Source: Bacilli bacterium | Lineage (GTDB): Bacteria; Bacillota_I; Bacilli_A; RFN20; CAG-826 | Assembly: GCA_017940265.1 (NCBI GenBank) | Contig: JAGAYY010000025.1 | Span: 64,711-128,710, forward strand | DNA length: 64,000 nucleotides | Direction: 5' to 3' | Shown: piece after piece, positions 9,094 through 18,128 of the stretch | Position numbering within the stretch: the stretch's first letter is position 1 | Layout of the letters: every line of letters starts with the position of its first letter | Notes under the pieces: model-generated | Databases searched by the model: none | What the model was told of the DNA's origin: nothing | Seen by the model: only the letters and a program-made list of their open reading frames with translations | Program-made: the position numbers and the translations under genes

Positions 9094-9171
9094 TTTAATG
9101 TTTTCCGATTCCCTTGGCTTTTTAGGTTTCGGAAGAACATTAAATTAATAACAATAAATTTATTAATTATT

Positions 9172-11199
9172 ATGTTAAAAAATTATTTTATACAAAGAGA
9201 TGGAAAGACAGTTATATATGTAGAGCGAGGTATTAGATATATGAGCGAATGGACTGATTTCAATCTCAATTTTTTCAATGGTCCTTACATTATAAATAAA
9301 CAAATCCCAGGATGTGGATTTACTGAGTATTGCTTAACCAATAATAATGATATAATATTAGCTTCTCCACGTAAAATACTTTTAGCTAATAAAGAAAATC
9401 AACATCCAGGTGAGATTTTTTATGCTAGGAATGAATTTGAAAAAGAAGATTTAGGTGTAGATAAAGATATATCTATTCCAAATAAACAGAGCTCTGAACC
9501 AGACGAAGAAAACGAAGCGAAAAGAATACATAATGAATTATGTGCTCTAGAGAAAATGGAAGAGAAATTAATGAATTATATTAGTTCTAGACTTATACAA
9601 AGAAAACCTATGAAACTTATTGTTACTTATGACTCTTTTCACCATGTAAGAGAAATTCTAGAGAAAAATTCAATCTTTAAACCTTTTAAGATAGTAGTCG
9701 ATGAATTCCAATCAGTTTTTGTAGACTCTAGATTTAAAGCTTCAACAGAATTTGGTTTTATGAATGAACTAAAACAGGTAAATAATGACATCTGTTTCGT
9801 TAGTGCTACTCCTATGATGGATAAATATCTTAAACAGATTGATTATTTTAAAAATTTACCTTATTATGAATTAGACTGGGGATTTCTAGATCCAGGTAGA
9901 GTTATTAAACCTGAGCTTAAAGTCCGTAAAATTAAATCTGTCTGTTTTGAAATTAAAAGAATTATTGAAGAATATCTAAAAGGGGAGTTTGCTATATTGG
10001 CTAATCCAGTTACTAGCGAATTAGTCCAGTCTACTGAGGCCGTATTTTACGTTAATTCTGTAAACGATATTCTTAAAGTTATTAAAACAATGGGACTTAC
10101 TCCAGATCAAGTTAATATTCTTTGTTCAGATACAACTATTAACCGCAGGAGAATACAGAGAAAATTAGGGAAGAAGTTTGAAATTGGATCGGTCCCATTA
10201 AGGGGTGAGCCTCATAAGATGTTTACTTTTTGTACTAGAACAGTTTACCTTGGAGCTGATTTCTATAGTACTAATGCTAGAAGTTTTATATTATCTGATG
10301 CTAACATAGATTCATTAGCTGTTGATATATCATTGGATCTTCCTCAAATTCTAGGAAGGCAAAGATTAGCTGAGAATCCCTGGAAAAATCATGCGGAATT
10401 CTATTTTAAAACTCTGGGAAAAGAGAAAGATATTACTGAGGATGCATTTAATTCTAGAGTAAAATCTAAATTAGAGTCTACTAATCATAGAATCTCTTTA
10501 TTTATGAAAGGAACTGATACGGAACAAAAAGCTATTATCGGAAACTTTCGAGATAGTATAGTATTAAGAAATTATTCAAATGACTATATCTCTATTAACT
10601 ATAACGGAGGAAGAGAAGTTCCAGTTCTTAATAATTTAGTATTAGTTGCTGAACAGAGAGCTTATGATATTCAACAAATAGATTATAAGGATAGATTTTC
10701 AGTTTTTAATACTATAAATGAGAGTGACGGTTTTAAAATGGATAAAATAAGTAGATTTGTTGAATACTTGAGAGATACTACTTATTCTATTCCAATTAGA
10801 TTAAAAGCCCTATGTGAAACTGATGAATTCTCTGAAGATGAAAAAAGAATTATAGCACAGCAAGCTTCAGAAAATTTTGATAAATACTATAATTTACTTG
10901 GTCCAGAAAGATGTAGAGCAGTTGGATATGATACTACTAGAATTCGAAAGGAAATTTCTGACATGATGATTTCCGAAGAAGATGTCAAAGTACTAATAAT
11001 GGAAAAGTTTTTGGTTGGAAAAAGGTATACTAATGTTTTTATTAAAGAAGAATTAGGAAAAATTTATTCTCAATTAAAACTAGCTAGATCACCAAAAGCT
11101 TCTGATATTGATCTGTACTTAGAAACTAAACCTGTTAAAATATTGGATCAAAATACCCAAAAACGGATACATGGTTTAGAAATTATAAAAATTAAATAA
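9172..11199 (+). CDS. SF2 helicase-like protein with non-canonical motif I, cassette copy 1
   Basis: Motifs PGCGFTEY (I, no Lys), ILASPRKILL (Ia), VVDEFQS (II), VSATP (III), QILGRQR (VI). Start chosen by alignment with the paralog at 45500. Confidence 0.7.
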   Translation: MLKNYFIQRDGKTVIYVERGIRYMSEWTDFNLNFFNGPYIINKQIPGCGFTEYCLTNNNDIILASPRKILLANKENQHPGEIFYARNEFEKEDLGVDKDISIPNKQSSEPDEENEAKRIHNELCALEKMEEKLMNYISSRLIQRKPMKLIVTYDSFHHVREILEKNSIFKPFKIVVDEFQSVFVDSRFKASTEFGFMNELKQVNNDICFVSATPMMDKYLKQIDYFKNLPYYELDWGFLDPGRVIKPELKVRKIKSVCFEIKRIIEEYLKGEFAILANPVTSELVQSTEAVFYVNSVNDILKVIKTMGLTPDQVNILCSDTTINRRRIQRKLGKKFEIGSVPLRGEPHKMFTFCTRTVYLGADFYSTNARSFILSDANIDSLAVDISLDLPQILGRQRLAENPWKNHAEFYFKTLGKEKDITEDAFNSRVKSKLESTNHRISLFMKGTDTEQKAIIGNFRDSIVLRNYSNDYISINYNGGREVPVLNNLVLVAEQRAYDIQQIDYKDRFSVFNTINESDGFKMDKISRFVEYLRDTTYSIPIRLKALCETDEFSEDEKRIIAQQASENFDKYYNLLGPERCRAVGYDTTRIRKEISDMMISEEDVKVLIMEKFLVGKRYTNVFIKEELGKIYSQLKLARSPKASDIDLYLETKPVKILDQNTQKRIHGLEIIKIK

Positions 11200-11200
11200 T

Positions 11201-12192
11201 ATGGTATATGTATTAAAATCTCCTATGTACAATAAGGATACTAATAAATATGGATTAGCAATTAAAATCGGTCATACTGATAATTGGAGTAATAGATTAG
11301 ATGCTTATTTACTACATAATCCAGCAATTCAAGTTATAAAAATCTATGAAAATGGGTCACTCGACGATGAAACTCTTCTAAAGAAGTATTTTAGACCGTA
11401 TCTAGTTCATAGAAACGAATGGTTTAAATATTGTAAAAGTATTTTAGATTTCTTTAATAAATATAATAAGATAGAAGATATTAGGCGCGAACTATCATTT
11501 ATTAAGTTAGAAGAAACACGACCTGCAAATAAAAGATATTTTTATAATTTTGCACGGAGTATAAAAAATATAATGGGATGTAAGGAAAATATCAAAACTA
11601 TTATTGACAATATGTTTAAAATCTGTAATTATAATGAAGAATCTGCATTAAAATATATTTGTGATAAATATCTAGATTATGCTCCGATTATCATTCAAGA
11701 CTATGAAGATGATAAATCTGTATTAACTGAGGAAATGATAGAGATGATAGCTTACTTACAAAATACTAGTATTAAATTTTCAGTGCGCCTAAAGACTTTA
11801 TGTGAATCTACTGAGTATTCTGATGAGGAAAAGAAAATTATATCTCAACAAGCCTCCGAAAATTTTGATAAGTTCTATAATATATTAGGCCCTTCCGATT
11901 GTAGAAGGTTTGGTTATAATATTACTCTTATGGAATCGGAGGTTAAGAATAGAGTTATAACCAAAGATGCAGATGTAATTAAAGAAAGTTTCCTAAGGAA
12001 TTTTAAGGTAGGAGATAGAAAACAAAATCTGACCTCAAACAAGAGATTCAGGCTATATATAATGAGCTAGGAATTTCTAAGAATGCTAAAGCGTCTGATC
12101 TTAATAACTATTTTGAATTGAAAGAAGTAAAAATAACGATTCCTGGAGTTAAGAAACAAGAGAATGGTTTTAAAATTCTAGGTCTAAAATGA
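11201..12192 (+). CDS. T5orf172 (GIY-YIG-like) domain protein, cassette copy 1, interrupted by a frameshift at 12019-12022
   Basis: N-terminus YVLKS...IKIGHTDNW..RLDAY...NEWFKY. The C-terminal module continues in the -1 frame to the TGA at 12190-12192 and then aligns without gaps to the paralog at 47547. Confidence 0.65.
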
Positions 12193-12205
12193 AGAAAAGT
12201 AGGTT

Positions 12206-12254
12206 GAGAGGCTGGGAAATCCTTAATGTTGTGGAGAGGATAACCTAGCCTCTC
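12206..12254 (+). terminator. possible hairpin terminator after cassette 1
   Basis: GAGAGGCT...AGCCTCTC stem with a large loop and a weak T tract. Confidence 0.3.
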
Positions 12255-12269
12255 CTTATTCTAAAAAAT

Positions 12270-12527
12270 ATGAAAGTAATTGAATCAAAAATTTTAATTA
12301 AGCCATTAGGAAAATCTGATGGTGCTGTAGAAAAGTTTGGTGGTTTTGAGGTTCCGGTAGGAGCTGGTCAATATGAATCTGGTAAAGTTATTAGTGTAGG
12401 TTCTAAGGTTGAGGGTGTTTCTGAGGGTGATACTATTTATTATTATCCAGGAGCAGGTAAAGAATTTAATCATGAGGGACAAACCTATCGTGTAATAACA
12501 ACTCCAGAGGTTATTGTAGTTGTATGA
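12270..12527 (+). CDS. groES: GroES-like co-chaperonin (Cpn10)
   Basis: 85 aa; ILIKPL...G..VP...G.YESGKVISVG...GDTIYY fits the Cpn10 pattern; sits immediately upstream of the GroEL-like gene. Confidence 0.7.
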   Translation: MKVIESKILIKPLGKSDGAVEKFGGFEVPVGAGQYESGKVISVGSKVEGVSEGDTIYYYPGAGKEFNHEGQTYRVITTPEVIVVV

Positions 12528-12721
12528 CGCTCTTTGAGAAAACAGAGATCTTTGGGAAAATAGAAGTCCTAGAGATTGATGTGCAAAATAAGATAGCAGC
12601 TAAAGAAAAAGAGCTCCAGGAATTAAGAGATAGACTTATGCTGATTGAAATCATAAGACGACGAGCAGATAAACCTGAAGCTACTAAAGAAAATATTAAT
12701 AAATTTTTAGATATAGTATGA
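12524..12721 (+). CDS. hypothetical coiled-coil protein
   Basis: 65-aa ORF with ATGA-type overlaps on both sides, between groES and groEL. Confidence 0.45.
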   Translation: MTLFEKTEIFGKIEVLEIDVQNKIAAKEKELQELRDRLMLIEIIRRRADKPEATKENINKFLDIV

Positions 12722-14331
12722 CAGGAAAAGTAATTATTTCAGGTGACGAGTCTAGAGAACGCGTCATTGAAGGTGTTAATAAAATTTGTAATGCCATTAA
12801 AGTTACCTTAGGTCCTTCTGGTCGTGGGGTATCTATTTCTGGAGATTGGGGAGGACCTGAGATTACCAGAGATGGGGCTTCTGTTGCTAAGTCTATTCAA
12901 TTTAAAGATCCGGGAGTTAATCAGGGTGCTATGTTGGTTAGAAAAGCAGCGACTTTAACCGAAGAACAGGCAGGTGATGGAACTAGTACTTGTAGTATCT
13001 TAACCCAGGAATTATGCCGTAAGGGATTAAGAGCCCTAAATACTGGAGCTAATGTGAACGAAATTAAGTCCGGTATGTTAAAAGCTCAAAAATGGGTTAC
13101 AGAGTATATTAAGTCCAAGGCAATCAAGGTAGACGGTGACTTAGAACAAATTCGAAAGGTTGCTACTATCTCTGCTAATAATGATCCCGAGGTAGGTGAT
13201 TTAGTGGTAGACTGTATGGGGAAAGTAGGCATTAATGGAGTTCTTACGGCGGACATGGCTTCCGGCTTAGAGACTGTAATTGATGTTACTACTGGCATGA
13301 AAATTGAACGTGGATGGAGTTCACCTCAATATGTTACTTCTCCAGAGGATTCCAAGTGTGTTATGGATGATCCTTATGTCTTAGTAGTAGGTGAAAAAAT
13401 TTCTAGTGTAGCTCAGATTCTTCCTCTCATGCAGCTTATTGTTCCTACTGGTCGCCCCTTCCTATTTGTATGTGATGATATTGATGAGGTGGTTAATACT
13501 ACTCTTGTCATGAATACCTTACAGGGAGCAATCAGATGTTGTGTTATTAAAGGCATTGATTTCGGTGACTCTAGAAAGAACATAATGAATGATATTGCTG
13601 TTGCCTGTGGTGCTACTTTCGTTTGTCCAGAAAATGGTATGGATATTACTGAAGCTACCTTGAAGGATTTAGGTGCCGCCAAGAAAGTTGTGGTAAGCCG
13701 AGATAGTACTATTATCTATGAAGGTGCAGGTGATCCTAAGCTTATTCAAGAGCGTGCCGAAGTTCTTAAGAAAAGATTGGCAGATCCTGGAACGTCGGCT
13801 TATGATAAATCCAAGTTTGAGAAGAGATTAGCTGGATTGGCAGGCGGTATTGGTGTTATCAAAGCTGGTGGTGCAACCGAAGCCGAGAAACAGAACAGAA
13901 AGGCAACAATTGAAGATGCTATATTGGCTGCTAAATCTGCTATTGAAGAAGGTTGTGCGCCAGGTGGAGGTTATGTCTATTATCAAGCCTCTCTAGCTGG
14001 TAAACGAGATAAATCATTCTGGAAGTTTTTGAGTGGCGATGAAACTGAAGGAGCTAAGATTGTATTTGACTCTCTTCCAATCGTAATGTGGACTGTAGCA
14101 GAGAATTCAGGGGCTGCTGGAGATGTAGTTCTTTCAGAGGTAGCCAAATCTAAGAAAGATAATTGGGGCTATGATGCTAAGGCTAAGGCATACTGTAATC
14201 TTTCTGATTCTGGTATCTTAGATTCAGCTAAAGTTCTTAGAGTTGCTTTGGAGAATTCGGTATCTACTGCTTCTATGATCCTATTGATTGATTGTATTAT
14301 CTACGAGGAAGCAACAGAGACAAAAGAATAA
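12718..14331 (+). CDS. groEL: GroEL-like chaperonin (Cpn60)
   Basis: 537 aa; VTLGPSGRGV, AGDGTST, GGATEAE, APGGG are classic Cpn60 motifs; no GGM tail. Confidence 0.9.
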   Translation: MTGKVIISGDESRERVIEGVNKICNAIKVTLGPSGRGVSISGDWGGPEITRDGASVAKSIQFKDPGVNQGAMLVRKAATLTEEQAGDGTSTCSILTQELCRKGLRALNTGANVNEIKSGMLKAQKWVTEYIKSKAIKVDGDLEQIRKVATISANNDPEVGDLVVDCMGKVGINGVLTADMASGLETVIDVTTGMKIERGWSSPQYVTSPEDSKCVMDDPYVLVVGEKISSVAQILPLMQLIVPTGRPFLFVCDDIDEVVNTTLVMNTLQGAIRCCVIKGIDFGDSRKNIMNDIAVACGATFVCPENGMDITEATLKDLGAAKKVVVSRDSTIIYEGAGDPKLIQERAEVLKKRLADPGTSAYDKSKFEKRLAGLAGGIGVIKAGGATEAEKQNRKATIEDAILAAKSAIEEGCAPGGGYVYYQASLAGKRDKSFWKFLSGDETEGAKIVFDSLPIVMWTVAENSGAAGDVVLSEVAKSKKDNWGYDAKAKAYCNLSDSGILDSAKVLRVALENSVSTASMILLIDCIIYEEATETKE

Positions 14332-14336
14332 TATAT

Positions 14337-14366
14337 AAGAGATCGGTTTTAGAGCCGGTCTCTTTC
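14337..14366 (+). terminator. intrinsic terminator after groEL
   Basis: AAGAGATCGG-loop-CCGGTCTCTT stem followed by TTC. Confidence 0.6.
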
Positions 14367-14367
14367 T

Positions 14368-14414
14368 AAATTGATAAAACGCGCTTCTCCGGCCCTAAGA
14401 ACCTTACTAACGAT
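14368..14414 (+). promoter_or_regulatory. recurrent intergenic motif copy
   Basis: AAATTGATAAAACGCG...AAGAACCTTACTAACGAT, 15 nt before the ATG at 14429. Confidence 0.5.
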
Positions 14415-14428
14415 AAAAAATATACAAT

Positions 14429-14800
14429 ATGATTAAAGACGGAAATGATATTGAGGATCCTGAGGATGTATATTTCAATGGATCCCCGAGTTCAGAAATA
14501 ATCGAAGAAGAGGAGGATGAATCACCGCCTGCCTGTATTGAACATCTCCTTAGCGCTATTTTTATTTCACGTCCTCTTGGAATACTCTGGGATGATGATT
14601 TAATCGAGGAATTTTTAGAATCTCTTGGTTATAGAATCATTGAAAGAGTAGACGAGAATGGAGAACCCTATACTGTTCCAGTAAAACCTGGATCAAAACT
14701 TATTCCCGATCGAAAAGATAGTTTAAGGCGGGTATTCGATCGAGAAGTACAGAAGACACTTTTGAAATGGTTAATCGGCATAAATGAAGATTATGAATGA
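14429..14800 (+). CDS. hypothetical acidic protein
   Basis: 123-aa ORF following the motif copy. Confidence 0.55.
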   Translation: MIKDGNDIEDPEDVYFNGSPSSEIIEEEEDESPPACIEHLLSAIFISRPLGILWDDDLIEEFLESLGYRIIERVDENGEPYTVPVKPGSKLIPDRKDSLRRVFDREVQKTLLKWLIGINEDYE

Positions 14801-16271
14801 TCAAGTCCTTAAGAAATGGGAAACTCTAGTAATAGCATGTAAAAATTATTATATAGACTCTATTCCTACTGGGATGAGTGACTCTGAATATGATACCCTA
14901 GAAAGAAAAGCCCTTGCTGAAGATGGTTTTTCTGTTAGAGATTATGTATTTCAGACATTTATGCAGGGAAAACGAGCAAAAAATGCCTATATAGAGAAGA
15001 TCAAGAAAACAAAGGTTGAGGGTATGTCTATGTTAGAGGCTATCCTTGGAGTTACCTCTGGGAAAAAACTTTATTGGGATCTTAAATATGATGGATCTAG
15101 TATTGCCATCTACTTAAACCCGAGAAATGGAACTCTCAAAAGGATAATCTCTTGTGGCAACCTTAATTTATCTTCGGAAGGTATTGACCAAACAGCTAAG
15201 CTTTCTGGTCATTTACCTAAACAATTTCCGAAAGGTATTGTTGCTATTCAGGCTGAAGCTCTTGTGGATGTTAATAGAATTGATAACCCAGATAGAGCAA
15301 GACAGAAAGCAAATGGTTTAGTTAATTCAGTTTACTTAGCAGATGAGGTTAAAAGTCTACTTACTCTCAGAGCTTATCGTTATTATGTTGACGATTCTCC
15401 AGAGGGTATTGCTATAAGTAGAATGGATTATCGTGAGGTCTTAGGTTCTTTTGAAACAGTTAGATCAAGAGTAGATGGACATATAATGTTTGCTCCGGCT
15501 GATTCATGGACGACCGAAGAACTTCAAAAGATGCCTGGATTTACTGAAACGGATTGTACTGTAACATCAACCGGAACATTTATTTTAGACGGTTGGGTTG
15601 GTTATACGGAGAAGGGTGAATGTATAGGAGCATTGAAATTTGCAGGAGCAGGATCTGGAACTGAGATGTTAACTACCAAGGTTAAGAGCATACAATGGAA
15701 TAATCAAGTAGTTAAAGGAAAAGATTCTTGGTCGGCAAATGTTATCATCGATCCTATAGTTATCAAAGGTTGCACTATTAAGAAACCGAGTGCAGGTTCC
15801 GTTGGTAAAATGATTAAGGAAAAGATAACTCCTGGGGCTGAAGTTTCAATAATCTTGGCTAACTCCACTATTCCTATGGTAGGTAAAACAGTTAGTCCTG
15901 GAAATGGAGACTATCAATGGCCGACTTGTAGTTGTGGATATAATATGTCTGAGAAGGATGTATATGGCAGCCTTCTTAAATGTGGAAATCCCGGATGTTC
16001 GGAGAGACTTGGACGAATGAGAAAATATTTGTCTGGATTGAAGAATATAGGGGAACTTAATCTAGGACCTTTCTTAGTGATTGATCGTTTCAAGTGGGAA
16101 AATACTGATGTAGATATAAATAAACTTCTCGGATTCGTTATGAAAGGAGATCCAGATTCCTATAGAGACTATCTTATGGGGTATATGGGTACGGACTTAC
16201 AGAAACGAAATATGGAGCTAGTATGGAAATCTTCTTATCAAGTTTTGTATGAAATCCTTATCGGAAGTTAA
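14784..16271 (+). CDS. ligA: NAD-dependent-type DNA ligase, short form
   Basis: N-terminal YYIDS.P.MSDSEYDTLE (LigA domain Ia pattern), the adenylation motif LKYDGSS (KxDG), and a Cys4 finger CSCG...CGNPGC. Confidence 0.75.
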   Translation: MKIMNDQVLKKWETLVIACKNYYIDSIPTGMSDSEYDTLERKALAEDGFSVRDYVFQTFMQGKRAKNAYIEKIKKTKVEGMSMLEAILGVTSGKKLYWDLKYDGSSIAIYLNPRNGTLKRIISCGNLNLSSEGIDQTAKLSGHLPKQFPKGIVAIQAEALVDVNRIDNPDRARQKANGLVNSVYLADEVKSLLTLRAYRYYVDDSPEGIAISRMDYREVLGSFETVRSRVDGHIMFAPADSWTTEELQKMPGFTETDCTVTSTGTFILDGWVGYTEKGECIGALKFAGAGSGTEMLTTKVKSIQWNNQVVKGKDSWSANVIIDPIVIKGCTIKKPSAGSVGKMIKEKITPGAEVSIILANSTIPMVGKTVSPGNGDYQWPTCSCGYNMSEKDVYGSLLKCGNPGCSERLGRMRKYLSGLKNIGELNLGPFLVIDRFKWENTDVDINKLLGFVMKGDPDSYRDYLMGYMGTDLQKRNMELVWKSSYQVLYEILIGS

Positions 16272-16671
16272 ACGAGATAGAATTTGTTTAAAGGAGAATA
16301 CATCGGTTAGTAGTAAATTTGAAGGGAAACTTATAGGGTTAATGAAATACCTTGAGGTTTCCCTCGATTCATTGAGTTATCAGGAACTAGAAAGTATTGA
16401 TCTCGAAAAGTTTGAATGTTCTATAATTCGGTTAGTCTTAGAGAAAGGAGGCATAGATTCTTCGTTTTTTAGAGTAATTGAAGATTATGATGAAAATTAT
16501 CATACTGGCGTTAGATATTACAGCTATGATATTGAAATTAATACTAAAGTTCCTATAACTATTAATGCAGTAAGTTTAGATACTTTTGATTTGTTATCAG
16601 ATCTACAAATTAAGTATCAAGAAGCAAAGAAAAAGTTAGAAACTATTAAAACAAAATATTTTCCAATATGA
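16249..16671 (+). CDS. hypothetical protein
   Basis: 140-aa ORF. Confidence 0.5.
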   Translation: MKSLSEVKRDRICLKENTSVSSKFEGKLIGLMKYLEVSLDSLSYQELESIDLEKFECSIIRLVLEKGGIDSSFFRVIEDYDENYHTGVRYYSYDIEINTKVPITINAVSLDTFDLLSDLQIKYQEAKKKLETIKTKYFPI

Positions 16672-17039
16672 TTAAGACTATTGATGACACTGATTATACA
16701 GATATAACCAAGATGTCTTATCGAATACTTACCAGGGAATATGGATATACTGCAAGAATTTCTGATATCTGGAAACTTCTATTGAGTGTATACGGATTAC
16801 AAGAATTCGAAATATTAGACTCTAGGGAGTATCAAAATGGAAACTTTGAATCCTATCTCTCTGAGGAATACTATGGCTGGTTACATCATCGGAAGGTAGA
16901 TTTTGGAGAGATAGAAAAAGCAATCATGGCTGTAGGAGATTTTACTGGAACAGAAAAATTGCTCTTAGGGTCTGGTGATATGCAAGAAAGATTATGGGCG
17001 ATATTCATATGTTTATCTGACCCAACAAAAATAATTTAA
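16668..17039 (+). CDS. hypothetical protein
   Basis: 123-aa ORF with an ATGA overlap. Confidence 0.5.
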   Translation: MIKTIDDTDYTDITKMSYRILTREYGYTARISDIWKLLLSVYGLQEFEILDSREYQNGNFESYLSEEYYGWLHHRKVDFGEIEKAIMAVGDFTGTEKLLLGSGDMQERLWAIFICLSDPTKII

Positions 17040-17055
17040 TTAATTTTTATAAAAA

Positions 17056-17679
17056 ATGATTGAAGTAAATCTTATTCAGATACCTGCTGGTGAAAAAACT
17101 AGTATGGTAGGACATTGTGTGGCCCGTAATCGTTTTGACAAGGATTCTATGGGCATTACTATTGAAGAGTTTGCTCGCGGATTCCTTAAAGAAAACCTTG
17201 AAAAATTTGAGGCAGGTATTGGAAGTGCTGAGTTAACTGAAACTATTAATTCAACCGGTTTTATTAGCCGTAAGGATCTCGCTTGTATTAATTATTATCT
17301 TGTTCAGGCAGGTTATATCTTGAAGATATTTAATGTGACCGACGATGAGATTAATGCAGTTGGTGTTCCTAGTGGTGAAGTAGCTGAGTGGAATATCATC
17401 GATAACAACTTCCTTCAGTATGACTATCCCACTAGTATCAAGCTTATGCCAGGTGATGGTCTTGATATTCCCAGCATCTTACGTCAGGTAGTAGATCAGA
17501 GTGGTGTATTTGACCCAGATAAGTTTGCTGGCTTGAAGAATCCGTTGAAGGAACTTCTTGATGCACTTGATAGTATTAAGAGTACAACCGGCGATATCAA
17601 CCCCGGTATTACTACTCGTATCTATGCTATCTTGGCTGATCTTGGTATTGAATTAATGTGTATTAGAGGCGAAGATTAA
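17056..17679 (+). CDS. hypothetical protein
   Basis: 207-aa ORF. Confidence 0.55.
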   Translation: MIEVNLIQIPAGEKTSMVGHCVARNRFDKDSMGITIEEFARGFLKENLEKFEAGIGSAELTETINSTGFISRKDLACINYYLVQAGYILKIFNVTDDEINAVGVPSGEVAEWNIIDNNFLQYDYPTSIKLMPGDGLDIPSILRQVVDQSGVFDPDKFAGLKNPLKELLDALDSIKSTTGDINPGITTRIYAILADLGIELMCIRGED

Positions 17680-18128
17680 TGACAACACTTCAAAACGACC
17701 TCCTAGAGATATATAACTCTCTTGTGGTCTTCAGTAGTGAAACTGTCGAATCCCCTCGTCCAACCCCCATCAAAGTATACTATGAAAAGGAAACTCGACT
17801 CTTAGTATTTGAGCAAAAAGGTAAATCGTCACGTCTTTGGGTCCCGGTCTATTATTCACTGGGCCTCGAAGATATGACTAAAGAAAAGCCCGGTTATCTC
17901 TTACCACACAGTTATGATTTTTTGATGAGTGAATTAAAGAATGTTATTTATTCTAATATTCTCTTACAAGAAAGAACAATTGTAAGTCCTGAGAATTATG
18001 GGTTTGATATCTATGCAACAAGTCCCTCCGAATTATGGAAAGGGCCGGAGATTAAAGCAGAAATTCGATTTACCTCAGGGATAGGTTGGCTGTTTAGATG
18101 GAGAACTAAACGAAAATATAGGTTATGA
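17679..18128 (+). CDS. hypothetical protein
   Basis: 149-aa ORF. Confidence 0.5.
   Translation: MTTLQNDLLEIYNSLVVFSSETVESPRPTPIKVYYEKETRLLVFEQKGKSSRLWVPVYYSLGLEDMTKEKPGYLLPHSYDFLMSELKNVIYSNILLQERTIVSPENYGFDIYATSPSELWKGPEIKAEIRFTSGIGWLFRWRTKRKYRL

Noticed and set aside
8691-9140. 149-aa minus-strand ORF, plus the 73-aa plus-strand ORF at 8839..9060
   Set aside because: Both lie in the G+C-richer hairpin-dense leader upstream of cassette 1. The minus ORF is antisense to the end of 8586..8855. Composition and low-complexity translation suggest non-coding DNA.
9076-9171. N-terminal 32 codons of the listed helicase ORF
   Set aside because: The ATG at 9076 lies inside the recurrent intergenic motif. 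The paralog at 45500 aligns only from the Met at 9172 (MLKNYF.. / MEKHNI..).
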